This document shows, in pieces, positions 23,835-35,202 of a stretch of 52,369 nt of DNA. The stretch's first letter is position 1, and the number at the start of each line of letters is the position of its first letter. The position numbers and the translations under genes are program-made. Under the pieces are notes generated by a model. It saw nothing but the letters and a program-made list of their open reading frames with translations. It was not told the DNA's origin and made no database searches. This DNA is from Phoronis australis (Eukaryota > Animalia > Phoronida). The stretch is from the NCBI GenBank assembly GCA_002633005.1, contig NMRA01000424.1, positions 319,999-372,367 of the forward strand, written 5' to 3'.

Positions 23835-25061
23835 TGTTACTCTGCGCGTGTAAGCGCAGAGTACTGTTGTTCCTGGGTTTTCTTCAATTTTATTCTTCTT
23901 ATTCTTCTTCCGACCAAATTGACACTTAATAACTCCAAATTGGGTGCAGGTACGTTCTTTAAATTCAGCATATGATTCTTTACAGTGCATAAATTTTGAT
24001 CCGTGATATAATCATATTCCATATTGCACCTGATGAGGTCGTTTGGTGCAAAGGTCATATAATTTTCAAAATGCTACTTCTTCACTTTTGAAGCTATCTT
24101 TTTCAAATTCGGTGCACAGGTATAAGTCAATAAACCAATTTAAAAAAATTATTTTCCGAGTAATCTGGCCATCCAATCAGGTTAAACAGGTCAAAGGTCA
24201 TTAGGTGCAAAATAATACTTTGAGCTAGAAATTTCAAATTCACTGGTCTGATTGGCACAAGTAATTCAATTCGGAGTCTAGTGTTTCAGGTCATTTTGTG
24301 CACACACGGGGTCATTAGGTGCATTTTTCTTCTGAAAATTTGACCTTTTCATTTACCAAGTATTCTGATGTGTCAACGGTTAGACAACTGTGATTCTCAG
24401 CATTAACACATTTTTCATGGGTTTTGCAATAATTCTCCTAAAGCCGCTTCTAATGCACCGGATACGGTCAATTAGTGCAAAGGTCATCTAACGTTCAAAA
24501 TGTTATATCTCACGTTTTCAAGGAAATCTTTTCAATTTCAGCACACTGGGGTAAGTCAACATGCCAATTGAACACCCTACTTTACTACGTTATAGCCCTA
24601 ACCAATCAGAAAAAATAGGTCACACGTCATTGATTGCAAACTAAAATTTTGAGCTAGAGACTTCAAATATCTTTTTACTAAATGCGATTGAGTTTGAAAT
24701 CTAAATTTCCAGGTCATTAGGTGCTTCCATGGGGTCATTTGGTGCATTTTTCGTCTGAAAGTTTGACCAATTCATTCATCTTGTATTCTGAAGTGCTTAA
24801 AGTAAAACATCTGGGATTCTTAGCATTAACCACACTTTAAATCGAGTTTACAATTATTACCTCATAGGGGTTCATAATGCACTGAAAGAGGTCAATTAGT
24901 GGAAAGGTCTTCAAAATATTAACATGAAATTTCTACTACAATTTTAAAGAATTCATTTTCATGCTGGTAAACGGATTGCTGTCAGTAACTTCCCAAAACA
25001 ATTCCAGTGATACGTACGCGCAGAGTCCATTGTTGTCATACCGAGACAATAATCTTTCTAG
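23835..25061 (+). mobile_element. Helentron-associated non-autonomous element (HINE/DINE-1-like) with internal ~427-bp tandem core repeats
   Basis: 5' hairpin TACTCTGCGC-GTGTAA-GCGCAGAGTA (23838-23863); (TTC/TTA) microsatellite; core repeats at ~24045, ~24473, ~24897; 3' sub-TIR CGCGCAGAGT (25017-25026); hairpin 25029-25053; CTAG end. Confidence 0.8.
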
Positions 25062-25330
25062 TTCTTCTTATTCTTCTTCCGACCAACTTTGAGGCTTAAT
25101 AACTCCAAATTGGGTGAGGGTATGGTCTTTAAATTTAGCATATAGCATTTGGCAGTATATAAATTTTGTTTCGTTATAGCTATCTTTTTCAAATTCAGTG
25201 CACAGGTGTAAGTCAACATGACAATTTAAAAATCACTTTTCTAAGTAATCGAATCATTCAATCAGGTAAAACAGGTCAAAGGTCATTAGGTGCAAACTAA
25301 AATTTAGAGCTAAACACTTCAAATTCACAA
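25062..25330 (+). repeat. Second, internally deleted partial copy of the same HINE family
   Basis: TTCTTCTTATTCTTCTTCCGACCAA...TAATAACTCCAAATTGGGTG matches 23893 onward; a segment present in the first copy is missing. Confidence 0.8.
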
Positions 25331-25539
25331 GTCAAGGCTTTGCAGCAGTGGCTGGAGCATAAACATACATTACGTCGGACATTTTGTTTGAGTAGGCTTG
25401 TGAAGGTACGGTCGGGATTAATAAAGGATTAACTCGAAGCAATCTTCAGTCAATCATAGCACCGAAAGCTATTAGCACCGGTCTGTAACAACCTGCGCCC
25501 ACCCCCACACGCGGGAAAACGTGACAACGATGTATTTTT

Positions 25540-27503
25540 TTTCTGTTTCATGTATATGTTGAACAGTTTAATCACTTCTATGAGTCAGAAGAAGCGGTGC
25601 ATAACTTGGATGATCAGTCAGATTTTAATAAAATTAATAATTTTATGAAGTATATAAGTGTATGAATGACATGAAATTGGGTAAAGCTGCTGGAAATGAT
25701 GGCATTTCGTTGGAATTTTTCAAGTTCGCAACACCCGCGTTTAACTTTACAGTCTCTCGTTTGTCTGTTTAATAAAATTTTTGTTACGGGGAATTACCCA
25801 TCTCAATGGAATTCAGGTATTGTACTCCCGGTGTTCAAGTCTGGAAATAAGAATGACCCATATAATTACAGAGGAATCACGTTACAGATGGCTGGCAAGA
25901 TATTTGCGCGGTTGTTATGTAACCGACTCCATTCATGGGCGGATGCGAACAATATCGTGTGTGAGGCTCAAACTGGTTTCGGGAATGGGTACTCCATAGT
26001 GGATAACATGTTTATCCTAGATACACTACTTAACAAACATCTGTTGAAACGCAGAGGCCAGTTTAATTGTCTTATTGTTGACTTTGAAAAAGTTTGGGTC
26101 TGGCGAGAGGGTCTTAAGTTTAAAATGTCAAGTTTTGGAATATATAGAAAAATGCATAAAATTCTAAACAGTATGTATGAAAATGTGACGTCTTCCATCT
26201 TGCTGAATGGAGATGGTTACGTTACCGATTTCTTCCAATGTACGATGGGTGTAAGACAAGGGTGTCAATTATCTCACTTTCTCTTCTCTCTATTTATAAA
26301 TGATTTAGAAAGTGATTTACAAAATGTAAAGGGCTCGTGTGTAAATATTGGAATATTGAATTTATATTTGTTGTTGTTTGCCGATGATTTGGTTCTTGTC
26401 GCTAAAACCGCTATTGCCATGCAAAAATTAATTACCAAACTAGAAGGATATTGTAATAAAGGGAAGCTTCATGTGAATATATCGAAGACAAAAATTATAG
26501 TCTCTAGAAAAGGGGGATACTTGAGAACTTATGAAAAGTGGAAATTATTTGGCGAAACTGTACCAACGACTTCAGACTATAATTATTTGGGTGTCAAGTT
26601 TACTCCTAAGGGTGTATTTACGAAGGCGCAAAAACGTTAGCTGACAAAGCGGCAAAGGCTATTTTGTACTAAAAAAGCACATGTTTAAGTACTATGAAAT
26701 TCTTGAGCAAATGTGGTTTAAAATGTTTGATACAAAAATATTCCCGATCTTGTTATATGGTTCTGAGATTTGGGGATTTCACCCCGCACAAGGCATTGAA
26801 TTCGTACAAAATAAATTTTGCAAATTTTTGTTGGGACTTGGTCAGCATGTCTCAAACGCTGCAGTGAGGGGAGAGCTAGGTAGAGTGACAATGAAGGTAC
26901 ATGTACATCTATTATTGAGAATTTTTAAATACTGGTTAAAAATTATCAATTTGCCAAGCCATCGTTATCTTAGGGTATGCTACAATGTGCAATATGAAAT
27001 GGCCAAGCAAAATAAGTCTTGCTGGGCTCTAAATGTTAAACGATTGTTATTTGTTTATGGTCTTGGAGTTGTTTGGATACAACAAAGTGTGGGCGATGCT
27101 GCCTCATTTATAAATGAATTTAAACAACGATGTTCCGCACATTCATCAATGATTATCCAGGGAAGGTTCAGTGGATTTGACAGAGAAGACAGATTACATG
27201 TATGGCCATGCTGTGACAGTGGGAAAGTGGAAACAGAGTTCCACTTTCTTCTTGAATGCAATTTATATTCGTATTTACGAGTGCAGTTTTTACCAAGGTA
27301 CGATAAGGTGGAAGATAAAGTATTCAGAAATTTTCTACAGAATCATGTTCTGAGAAAAGTTGCTAGATATTTAATTAATGCAAAGAAATGCCGAAATGAG
27401 TTCCTTGATAAGAATTAATTTAGACTTGAAAAAGTATTGTACTATCTTCGTGTAATATATTGTATTGTGGGCCGGAGGCCTGTTACATGAAATAAACCTA
27501 TCT
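25540..27503 (+). mobile_element. 5'-truncated RTEX-like LINE, decayed reverse transcriptase ORF2
   Basis: KAAGNDGI, NYRGITL, QTGF, GVRQGCQLS, LLLFADD, YLG, LLYGSEIWG, GELGR, C-terminal E.E.HFLLEC..Y..LR; several frameshifts; 3' end GGCCGGAGGCC...AATAAA at ~27491. Clade assignment is from motif memory. Confidence 0.88.
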
Positions 27504-27508
27504 TTATT

Positions 27509-27874
27509 TTAATTAAATTCCCTAGGTTCTAACGAATTATTCATGCGTCATGTTGCAAGGTAGTTTGGGGATCGAGTCATTCCTTGCCATCTTTGTTTAC
27601 ACCCGATTCAGATTGGGTTTTGCGTCGGGTGCGTAATGGAATTAAGTTGTTGCGTACCGGAACGCAAGCATTACGAGCTGTCTGAGAGTAGAGGAGTATA
27701 TGGCAAAACCCGTCCGAGAAATTACGGCAATGTTGGGAAAATAGTATTCGATCAACAATATATGCAATGAATCATGACACAAGCAAAGATGGCGGGGAAC
27801 GGTTCGAGCCGTGAATGTCCTTTCCGGAATGAGGAACGCAATGATTTTTTAAGAACCCGGAGAAATTTAATTAA
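27509..27874. mobile_element. Degenerate MITE with ~100-bp TIRs
   Basis: TTAATTAAATT...GGTTCT...GCCATCTTTG...GATTCA on the left mirrors TGAATC...CAAAGATGGC...AGAACC...AATTTAATTAA on the right. Confidence 0.65.
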
Positions 27875-30800
27875 CTTGAAATATTACTCTTCTTAAAACA
27901 TAGAAAGTATCTCTCTATATGCACATCTATCAATTCAACCTAGCACATTTGAAAGGAATTTCATCCTTACAATCCGAGAAAGAATGCGTTAAGTGTTTGA
28001 AGGGTTTTCCTCCGTGTGACAGATGCCAAGCGAACTTATAAAATTTGACTTCGCTTTCGTAAACTGTAACATTGGTACTTTTTTCATGTGCATTCGAAGT
28101 AAATTGTAACAATTCCATAAACAAGTTTGGGGAGGCCTAGCAAAGTATATTGAAACAACGACATAAATTGTAATAGTTGTGAATTTTACAAAATTGATAA
28201 ATTTTACGGCGTTTCAATGCCTATGAAATACACAAAAAGCTGAAATTTTCAACTGTATAGATAATTTCGTTGCTAATTTGAATTATATTGATATCAGCTT
28301 CACGAAATGTCAATAACTTAGTGTTACTTTAGTATTTAGAAAATCAATAATGTTCCGTGGATTTGTGTTGATACTGACTTGCTCGATGAGTCTGTCTTTT
28401 AAAACATGCAACGGAACTAACAGATGATTCGTGTACGTTCATATATATAACTGTAGGGTGGTTGCATTTAAAACCATCAAGAGAATTATACAAAGTATTG
28501 CGCTTTCTCATAAAACAACCATACAGCAGTGTACATGTGTAGCGTCACAGACACCTGCTTCAATCTTCTGTTCAGTTGTCGATCATCAGACGTACAATAT
28601 TAATAAAGTAAATTGACAAGAGTCATAACAAACAAATAAACTAAAATAGCACAAACATGTACATGTACATGTACTTGTATATCTCAATAGCCCATGTCTT
28701 TTTAAAAGGCGCACAGTAAAATGAAGATGTTAGCAGGCTTGTCTGCCTGTTCTAATTGTTGATTTCGTTTCTGGCATTTCCCGTTGTCAATCGCATATAA
28801 CGGTTTAGAGTTTGATATAGACTACCAACCAGGCGACTGTTGAAAATGTCCATGTTTCTGACACAAGGCGAACTTGACTATCGTGACTTTGCATGCTACG
28901 AAGCACAATTTTCCCGTTCTTTTAAAAAGAAAAAACGGTATGTGATGTGTGCTTTGCAACACCAGCGATTTTCCACTAAACCAAAGAACGCTTTCATTCG
29001 GATGTCTTGCTTTTCAATCCAGTTGTCCCGTCTTCTTTCATTCTCGAATGTCGAAAACTTTGCAATAGGTGCTCAAAATAACATTATTTTTGTCATGATT
29101 ATTGTTATATTACAGCGTCTAGATGTTAATCTTATAACGATCATAAAAAATTCAGTGTCTCTTGTTCGTTAACTACCTGTATTCTTGTACATGTAATGGA
29201 TATATTTCAATTATAAGTGTTTGCCTATTTAATTTTTCGGGAAATATTTATCTGCAAATGTTGGATAGTTAGTCGCTACAATTGTATATTCGCAATTTCT
29301 AGTTGCACTGCTGTATCTGAAATTTTATAGCACCACAGATTCAATTAATATAAAATGTGGTTGATTTGTAATGCATGTATTTTTTCTAGCTCAATATCTC
29401 ACAATTATGTTTTCTCGACAAGTTCTCCCGTACATAGATTGATCTGTCGTATCGCATAATATTCAGGCAGTGAGACGATACTACAAGCACAGTCTTTACA
29501 GTGACATTGCTACTTAATATGATGATAAAACAAAAACTTTATCACTCGTCAAATCAGTGGCGATGTTCAGTGACTGAGAAATTGCTGAGCCTGGCCCGTG
29601 TATCAACCAAACTCTTTGCTAACAGCAAGTGTTACGGTCAGTTTGGAATGTGAATACTTTGCGAGTCATCAACTCGCTTCACCCATTTTATGTGTACACC
29701 ACCAGCACTAAGGGAAATTGCAACTATAAAATTCGATTTGGTTAAAGAACATCGATATCATGTCGGGCTTAAGTTTTGACTAAGGCGTTGAGTGTTTAAT
29801 TAAAATGAGTTATCTTTCCTAAACTGAATATTAAAATTGACACCTTAACACCTGTTGATTTTAAGTGATGTTTTAAAGCAGCTTGGCGTAAAATCAGATT
29901 GTTTTTGACAAATAACCAATTCCTATAATGAGGAAAGATTACTGTTAACATCTAATTCATGTTTAACTGATGTACAGTATCAAAACTGTTCATGTCGGAT
30001 TCAAGTGGGTAACACGCACTTCTATACTTGTTACGAGCGTAAGGATTTCTGAACCCATGAAACGAGGGCACATTTCTGAAGGAGATTCAAATATGTATTA
30101 CACGTGCACACAGTATAAACTCATCTTGTGTCGTCTAACAGATTTGGCTTGATTTCGTCAAAAATACCAGCAGCCAGATGTCTCAAACCCAAAGTAAACC
30201 GAACGTGTTCAGGGTAGCTGATTTTTCTTTCCTACACAGCGCCCTCTATTAGTGACAAACGTCAATACTAAGAAGACCTAACTAGCATAAATAATTAAAT
30301 GATTCACGTTAACAGTCATTTGTAGTAAGTTTGGATGCGTCATTGCATGCATTGGTGTATTTGTATTTGATTGCCTAAGCATATGTTAAAAAATACAAGA
30401 CCTTGGAAATAGCTTAGATTTTGAGAAAGAGTGGTGACAGGTTTCCATCTTTTTCTTTTTTTAAAGACGTTCTTGACGCATTAAATTATCTTTTGTTTTC
30501 AGTTACATCAACCCAAAGTTGATAATCACACGTCACCAAAACTCTTGTCCAGTGGCCTAATTGATACGAGCTGGCACCCGTAACACATGTTGATTTCAAT
30601 AAATTCGGATTATTTTCACCAGTTAAGCAGTTATTAATTCATGAGATCTTGATAAAAGTGCACTTTTAGGATCCACTGCCGTTTTAACAGAGTGATCAAG
30701 ATAGTCCGCGCCAGATGCAGGAGGGGTTACGCTGCATATAATTCCGTACTTTCTCTAAGCGTAAGATTTCCCGGAACCATAAAAATGGGCGTAGAACAAG

Positions 30801-32269
30801 AATATGTTTTATGAAAGATGACTTACGACTGAAAAAAGAAATTTGGTCTTAAGCTCCAAATTATCTTTTTCTAAAAACCAATCAACTCGAATTGTAGTAC
30901 AAATGCAAAGTCAAATAGAATACACACGCAATTGCTAGTAACTGGTTTAATTAACATTAAGTAATGCAAAATTGCGTTTATTCAGTGAATATGAAGTGGA
31001 AACCCATGGCCTTATGTTTGTTATAAGTTCTATTTCACTTTCAAGAAACGGGCCACTGAAGTATGTTATATTAATTAAAACATATCATATCATTTCAAAC
31101 TGGGTTGTCACTTTTTTTTCAAAAATATCATCAGTCCGGTGCCTCCAACACAGTATATAAAGCAACTTTTGAGGGCAGTTGCTAGATTTTTTCTCTTCAC
31201 GCAACCTTAATGCAGTTCCCAATATAAGATGCAAAGAGAGACACAGAAATCCCATGTACACTTAAATGAAATTTCAACGCTCTTAATCATGGTCACAATG
31301 TTAAGCGGAGACACACCGCTGATTCTAACGCGGAAGGTACAAGATCGATTGTTTGGCCACACAAACTGCCTGACCGTGACAAGGGGTACCAATGTTGGCA
31401 GGCGAGATCGTGTAATACAACATTGGCGTAAAACACTACTGATAGTTTAACTACGTTTCAAGACATACATGTATTTGATTAATTCTATTTTGAAAGAACA
31501 CAGTTCATTTTCGTCACAACTGCGGCATAGGCAGACAATTAATTTTGACTTTGCAGGCTTGTTGACCATCAAAACGTCAACCCAATCGCCAATTTGACCT
31601 GAAGACAATGCATAATCCCCCACTGGCGCCATCTATATCTCCGATGCAAAGACTCTAAGTTTTTTAAAATGTTTATTACGAAATCGTCGATACATTGAAT
31701 ATACTTAACCCAGAAAGCGTCAAGAGACATTATATCTGGGTTGAAAAAGGACAAAGAAACATATATACAGTTATTTTAAACGATACATCAATTAAAAACA
31801 ACTGTTGCAAAGATTACAATGACATATGAATACGAAGGTAAATAAATCATTTTCATACACATGTATACAATTCTATCCACTCACACAAATTGATTTACTA
31901 TTATTATTAATTAAATTTTAATACTATTTCGAATAAAACCTTAGTTTCATTTGGGTTGAGTTCTTAACATCCATATGAAAAAATTATTTTGTTGTACACT
32001 TGCGGAATTTCAGAATATTTTTTATGAAGATTGGTGGTATTGTTCGAGTGTCTGGAAAAGCTGCACCCTCTACTTCCTTGCATACCTCACAAGCAAAGAA
32101 AACATGAACATTTTCTGTGCGTCTCCATAGCAACACAGACGCGAAATATTATTAAATGTCTAAATTTCTTGTTGTTTAAGAATAGACCGCATCTTGATCT
32201 GTATAGCATTATTTCGTGGTGGCGAGGACATTGGAACGATGTCAATGACACTGGCAACTCTTGAGTAGT

Positions 32270-35116
32270 AGTGTGCATTTTAAAGTTATCTTATAGAGTG
32301 ACGATTAAGTGCTTTCTTACATGTATATTTTGGATGGTAAAGAATTCCAGTGGTCAGTACAAGTTAATGTGGTAGATTTCCTGAAGGCTTGGCTAAGGGA
32401 AGATGGAATAATGTGCACAGTACTTTGCAACAGTCCTGGTCTCGTGTTAGGTCTTTTGTAGGAGTCAAAGAGAATTTTGTTTGGGTAATTGTTTATGTTT
32501 GTTGGGACTTTGGATGAATACATGGCCAAGGGGAGTTTACGACGGGTTGCTAGTTTGCTCCAGTTGAGATGGTTTATAACCTTGATTGTGTTGGATCCTC
32601 TGTACATGTATGTTAATGTTGGTGTTGTAGTGTTTCTAATTAAAGAAGTGTGCCAGCGTTTGCCGATTGGTAGATTATGTCAAAGTAATCTAGATGGATA
32701 TAAGATGACGAGAGACAATTCTAGTTTTTATTGATTAATTGTTGTACTTTTGAACGAGTTCGCGACAGTGAGGAGTAAATGTAAGCGTGTGATCTAGTAG
32801 CAATCCAAGGTGTTTGTGTGTGAACTTATTGGGAATGACTTCCCCATTGAGTGATAATTCCAGCATTGGATTTGTTTGGAATTGAGTATTGTTAGACTTA
32901 GAAAATATAAAATCAACACCTTTTTCAGGTTTAACTTCATCTTCCGTTTGCAAGACCAGTCATAGGGTTTGTTCAGGTCAGTTTGCAATGGTAAGGAGTC
33001 ATAGGGATTCTATTTTGAGAATGGGTAGAAAATTGCAGTGTCATCAGCTTACAATGTATATGAATATTTAAGAGTTTCATTGTGTTTGGAAGATCATCGA
33101 GGTACAATAAAAATACTAAGGGGCTTAGCACGATACGCTATGGTACTCCAGCATTTACGAAATCTGGCGTTGATGAGCGTGATAAGACACCATCTATTCG
33201 GACTTCGTAAGTTCGACATTCAAAAAAATTAAAAGAGAGTTAAAGAAAAACCGTAAGATTTTAATTTATGTAGAAGCATATCATGGGGAACGACATCAAA
33301 AGCTGACGCAATATCTAAAAATACGGATCTCACTTTGTATCCTTTATCATACTGGAAGTGGATTTCGTGTACAATTTCTTTAAATTGTGACACTTAGCTG
33401 TTACCGGGCAAGAATCCAAATTGGCGACGACATATGCAGCCGATTTCATAAAGGTGGTTTAAAGTTAAACCTGGTTTAAACTGGACTGAGACCAGGTTTA
33501 AAGATAATCTGCATTTCATAAAGGTGGTTTAACTTTTATACCAGTGGTCTTGTAAAACCTGATTAAAATCCAGTTTAGACCTGCTTTAAGTTAGTTCTCA
33601 TTTCACCAAAGAGGTGTATATTCTTTAGACTTCTATTATGATCTTAAACCACGTTTAACATTAGACTTGGTCATACCCAGGTTTAACTTTTAAATATGTC
33701 AGACTTGCATGGTATACATGTAGGTACAACTGAACGATGCTACGGTGTGCATTTGCGACGCAGTTTTAGAGAGAAAATGGACTATTTTCAATATTCAGTT
33801 TTAGTGCGACACAAGACCAAACGTAGAAGGGGCGGATCTAGGATTTTTTAATGAGGGGACGGTCAATGAAAGGGTGGACCAAGTCAGCAATTTGAAAATT
33901 ATAGATTTGATTGAGCAGGGCTCATCGTTGCAAGCGCTACAGATTTGACTTACGACAGCATATATCTGATTCTTCTGACTGAGTTCAACCTTCGTTGTTC
34001 TCCAATTTAATGTTGCCGGGAAATGGTCTTGTCCCCCAGCGAAAAAGAAACACTAAAATGACACGGACATAAATTTGGGCATTTATCATGTCACATTTAA
34101 TCGTGAGCATGTTCTTTAATGTGTTTGTACATTTTCCTAATGAGAAAAGCTTTTAGACCTTTGGCAAAAATGTCTGCACTGATTCTACTGTCGTATGTCA
34201 TTGTATAGCCACGTGATCAAGGTTTCATTGAAACACTTCAATAGTTTCTTTGTTGGGTTTGCCCAGTTCGATACAGTGGGGAGCCTTTGATACTTTAAAC
34301 CTAGTTTTACTGAAGCAACTCCCTGGTCTAGCAAAACCAGGCTTTCATGTCGGTGAAATTCAAATCAGGTCTAAAATAAGACCAGTTTTAGGGAGACCAT
34401 GTTTAAGTCTTCAACCTGGTTTTGTTAAACCACCTTTATGAAATCGGCTCATGAGGTTCTATGAATAAGGGTAGTCAAACATGTGTTGAGAAATCACTTT
34501 TTCTAAAATTTTGGATAGGGCGTTTACTAGAGTTATTGGGCGATAGTTGGCAATGTCTGTTTTGGAGTTCTTTTTGTGTATTGGTATCATAACACCAAGT
34601 TTCCAGTTCAAAGGTAATTTTCCAGATTGTAGTATTTTGCTATATAATGTTGTCAAAGGAGCTGTAAGCTCTCTTGCTATTATCTTAATCATTTTATTGG
34701 TTATGAGATTGGTACCGTCGTTTTTGTTTTCGTCAATATTTTCTTGTAGTTTTCGGACTTCAGGTGGTTGGGCCTGTACGTCAGAGAGGTGTTCTAATGC
34801 TCTGTTTGGGAAATCGGGAAAGCTTGCTTTTGGTGCAATGTGACTCATGGCGGGGAAGCATTCTAAAAATAACTTACTTTTTCAGCTTTGGATGACGCCT
34901 GAGTGTTGGATTCCTTTGAGTGGATTATGGAGTATGAAGATTGCTTTACCTGTCCTCGAATTGTGTTTATTATATCCCAATATTCCTTTGAATTTTTGGA
35001 GACATGTTTGATGTTGGAGATAATATTTGTCTTATAGCCTTGTTTCGTCTGTTTAATTAGTTATTCCACTATCTTGCACTGCTCTTTGTAGCACTTTTAA
35101 GTGCTACAAAGAGCAG
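32270..35116 (-). mobile_element. Decayed CR1-group LINE (RT ORF2) interrupted by a MITE
   Basis: W...IPIHKK...NYRPITL..LSKILEK (34848-34459); QFGF, VFLDIASAFD.VPH, AGVP, *ADDT (33436-33030); HKHLG and WNSLP further 3'; many stops and frameshifts. Confidence 0.9.
33437..34450. mobile_element. PIF/Harbinger-type MITE (~1.0 kb) with 3-bp TSD
   Basis: TIR AGCCGATTTCATAAAGGTGGTTTAA / TTAAACCACCTTTATGAAATCGGCT; ATG duplicated at 33434-33436 and 34451-34453; removing the element and one TSD restores LINE frame NLICRRQFGF. Confidence 0.88.
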
Positions 35117-35202
35117 AAGGGTACGGACTGGTCCTTGCGTGTAGGTTTCCTGACTTCGATGAAGCCATTATCAATTATGCTTACACAAAGATCCAAAAAG
35201 GT
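35117..35202 (+). pseudogene. Decayed exon relic similar to the MAM gene 11130-10960 exon
   Basis: GYGLVLAC(RFP)DFDEAIINYAYTKIQKG versus DYKMVLSCDFENDNLCSYSTDQRG. Confidence 0.4.

Noticed and set aside
30237-30255. CTCF-like motif CAGCGCCCTCTATTAG (others near 21962 and 31625)
   Set aside because: Short motif matches alone do not show binding.
30040-32262. Further MAM-like snippets on + (ISEPMKRG, DSN...RDKG..W, GEDIGTM)
   Set aside because: Short, partly out of exon order and without clear splice sites; cannot be separated from chance by eye.
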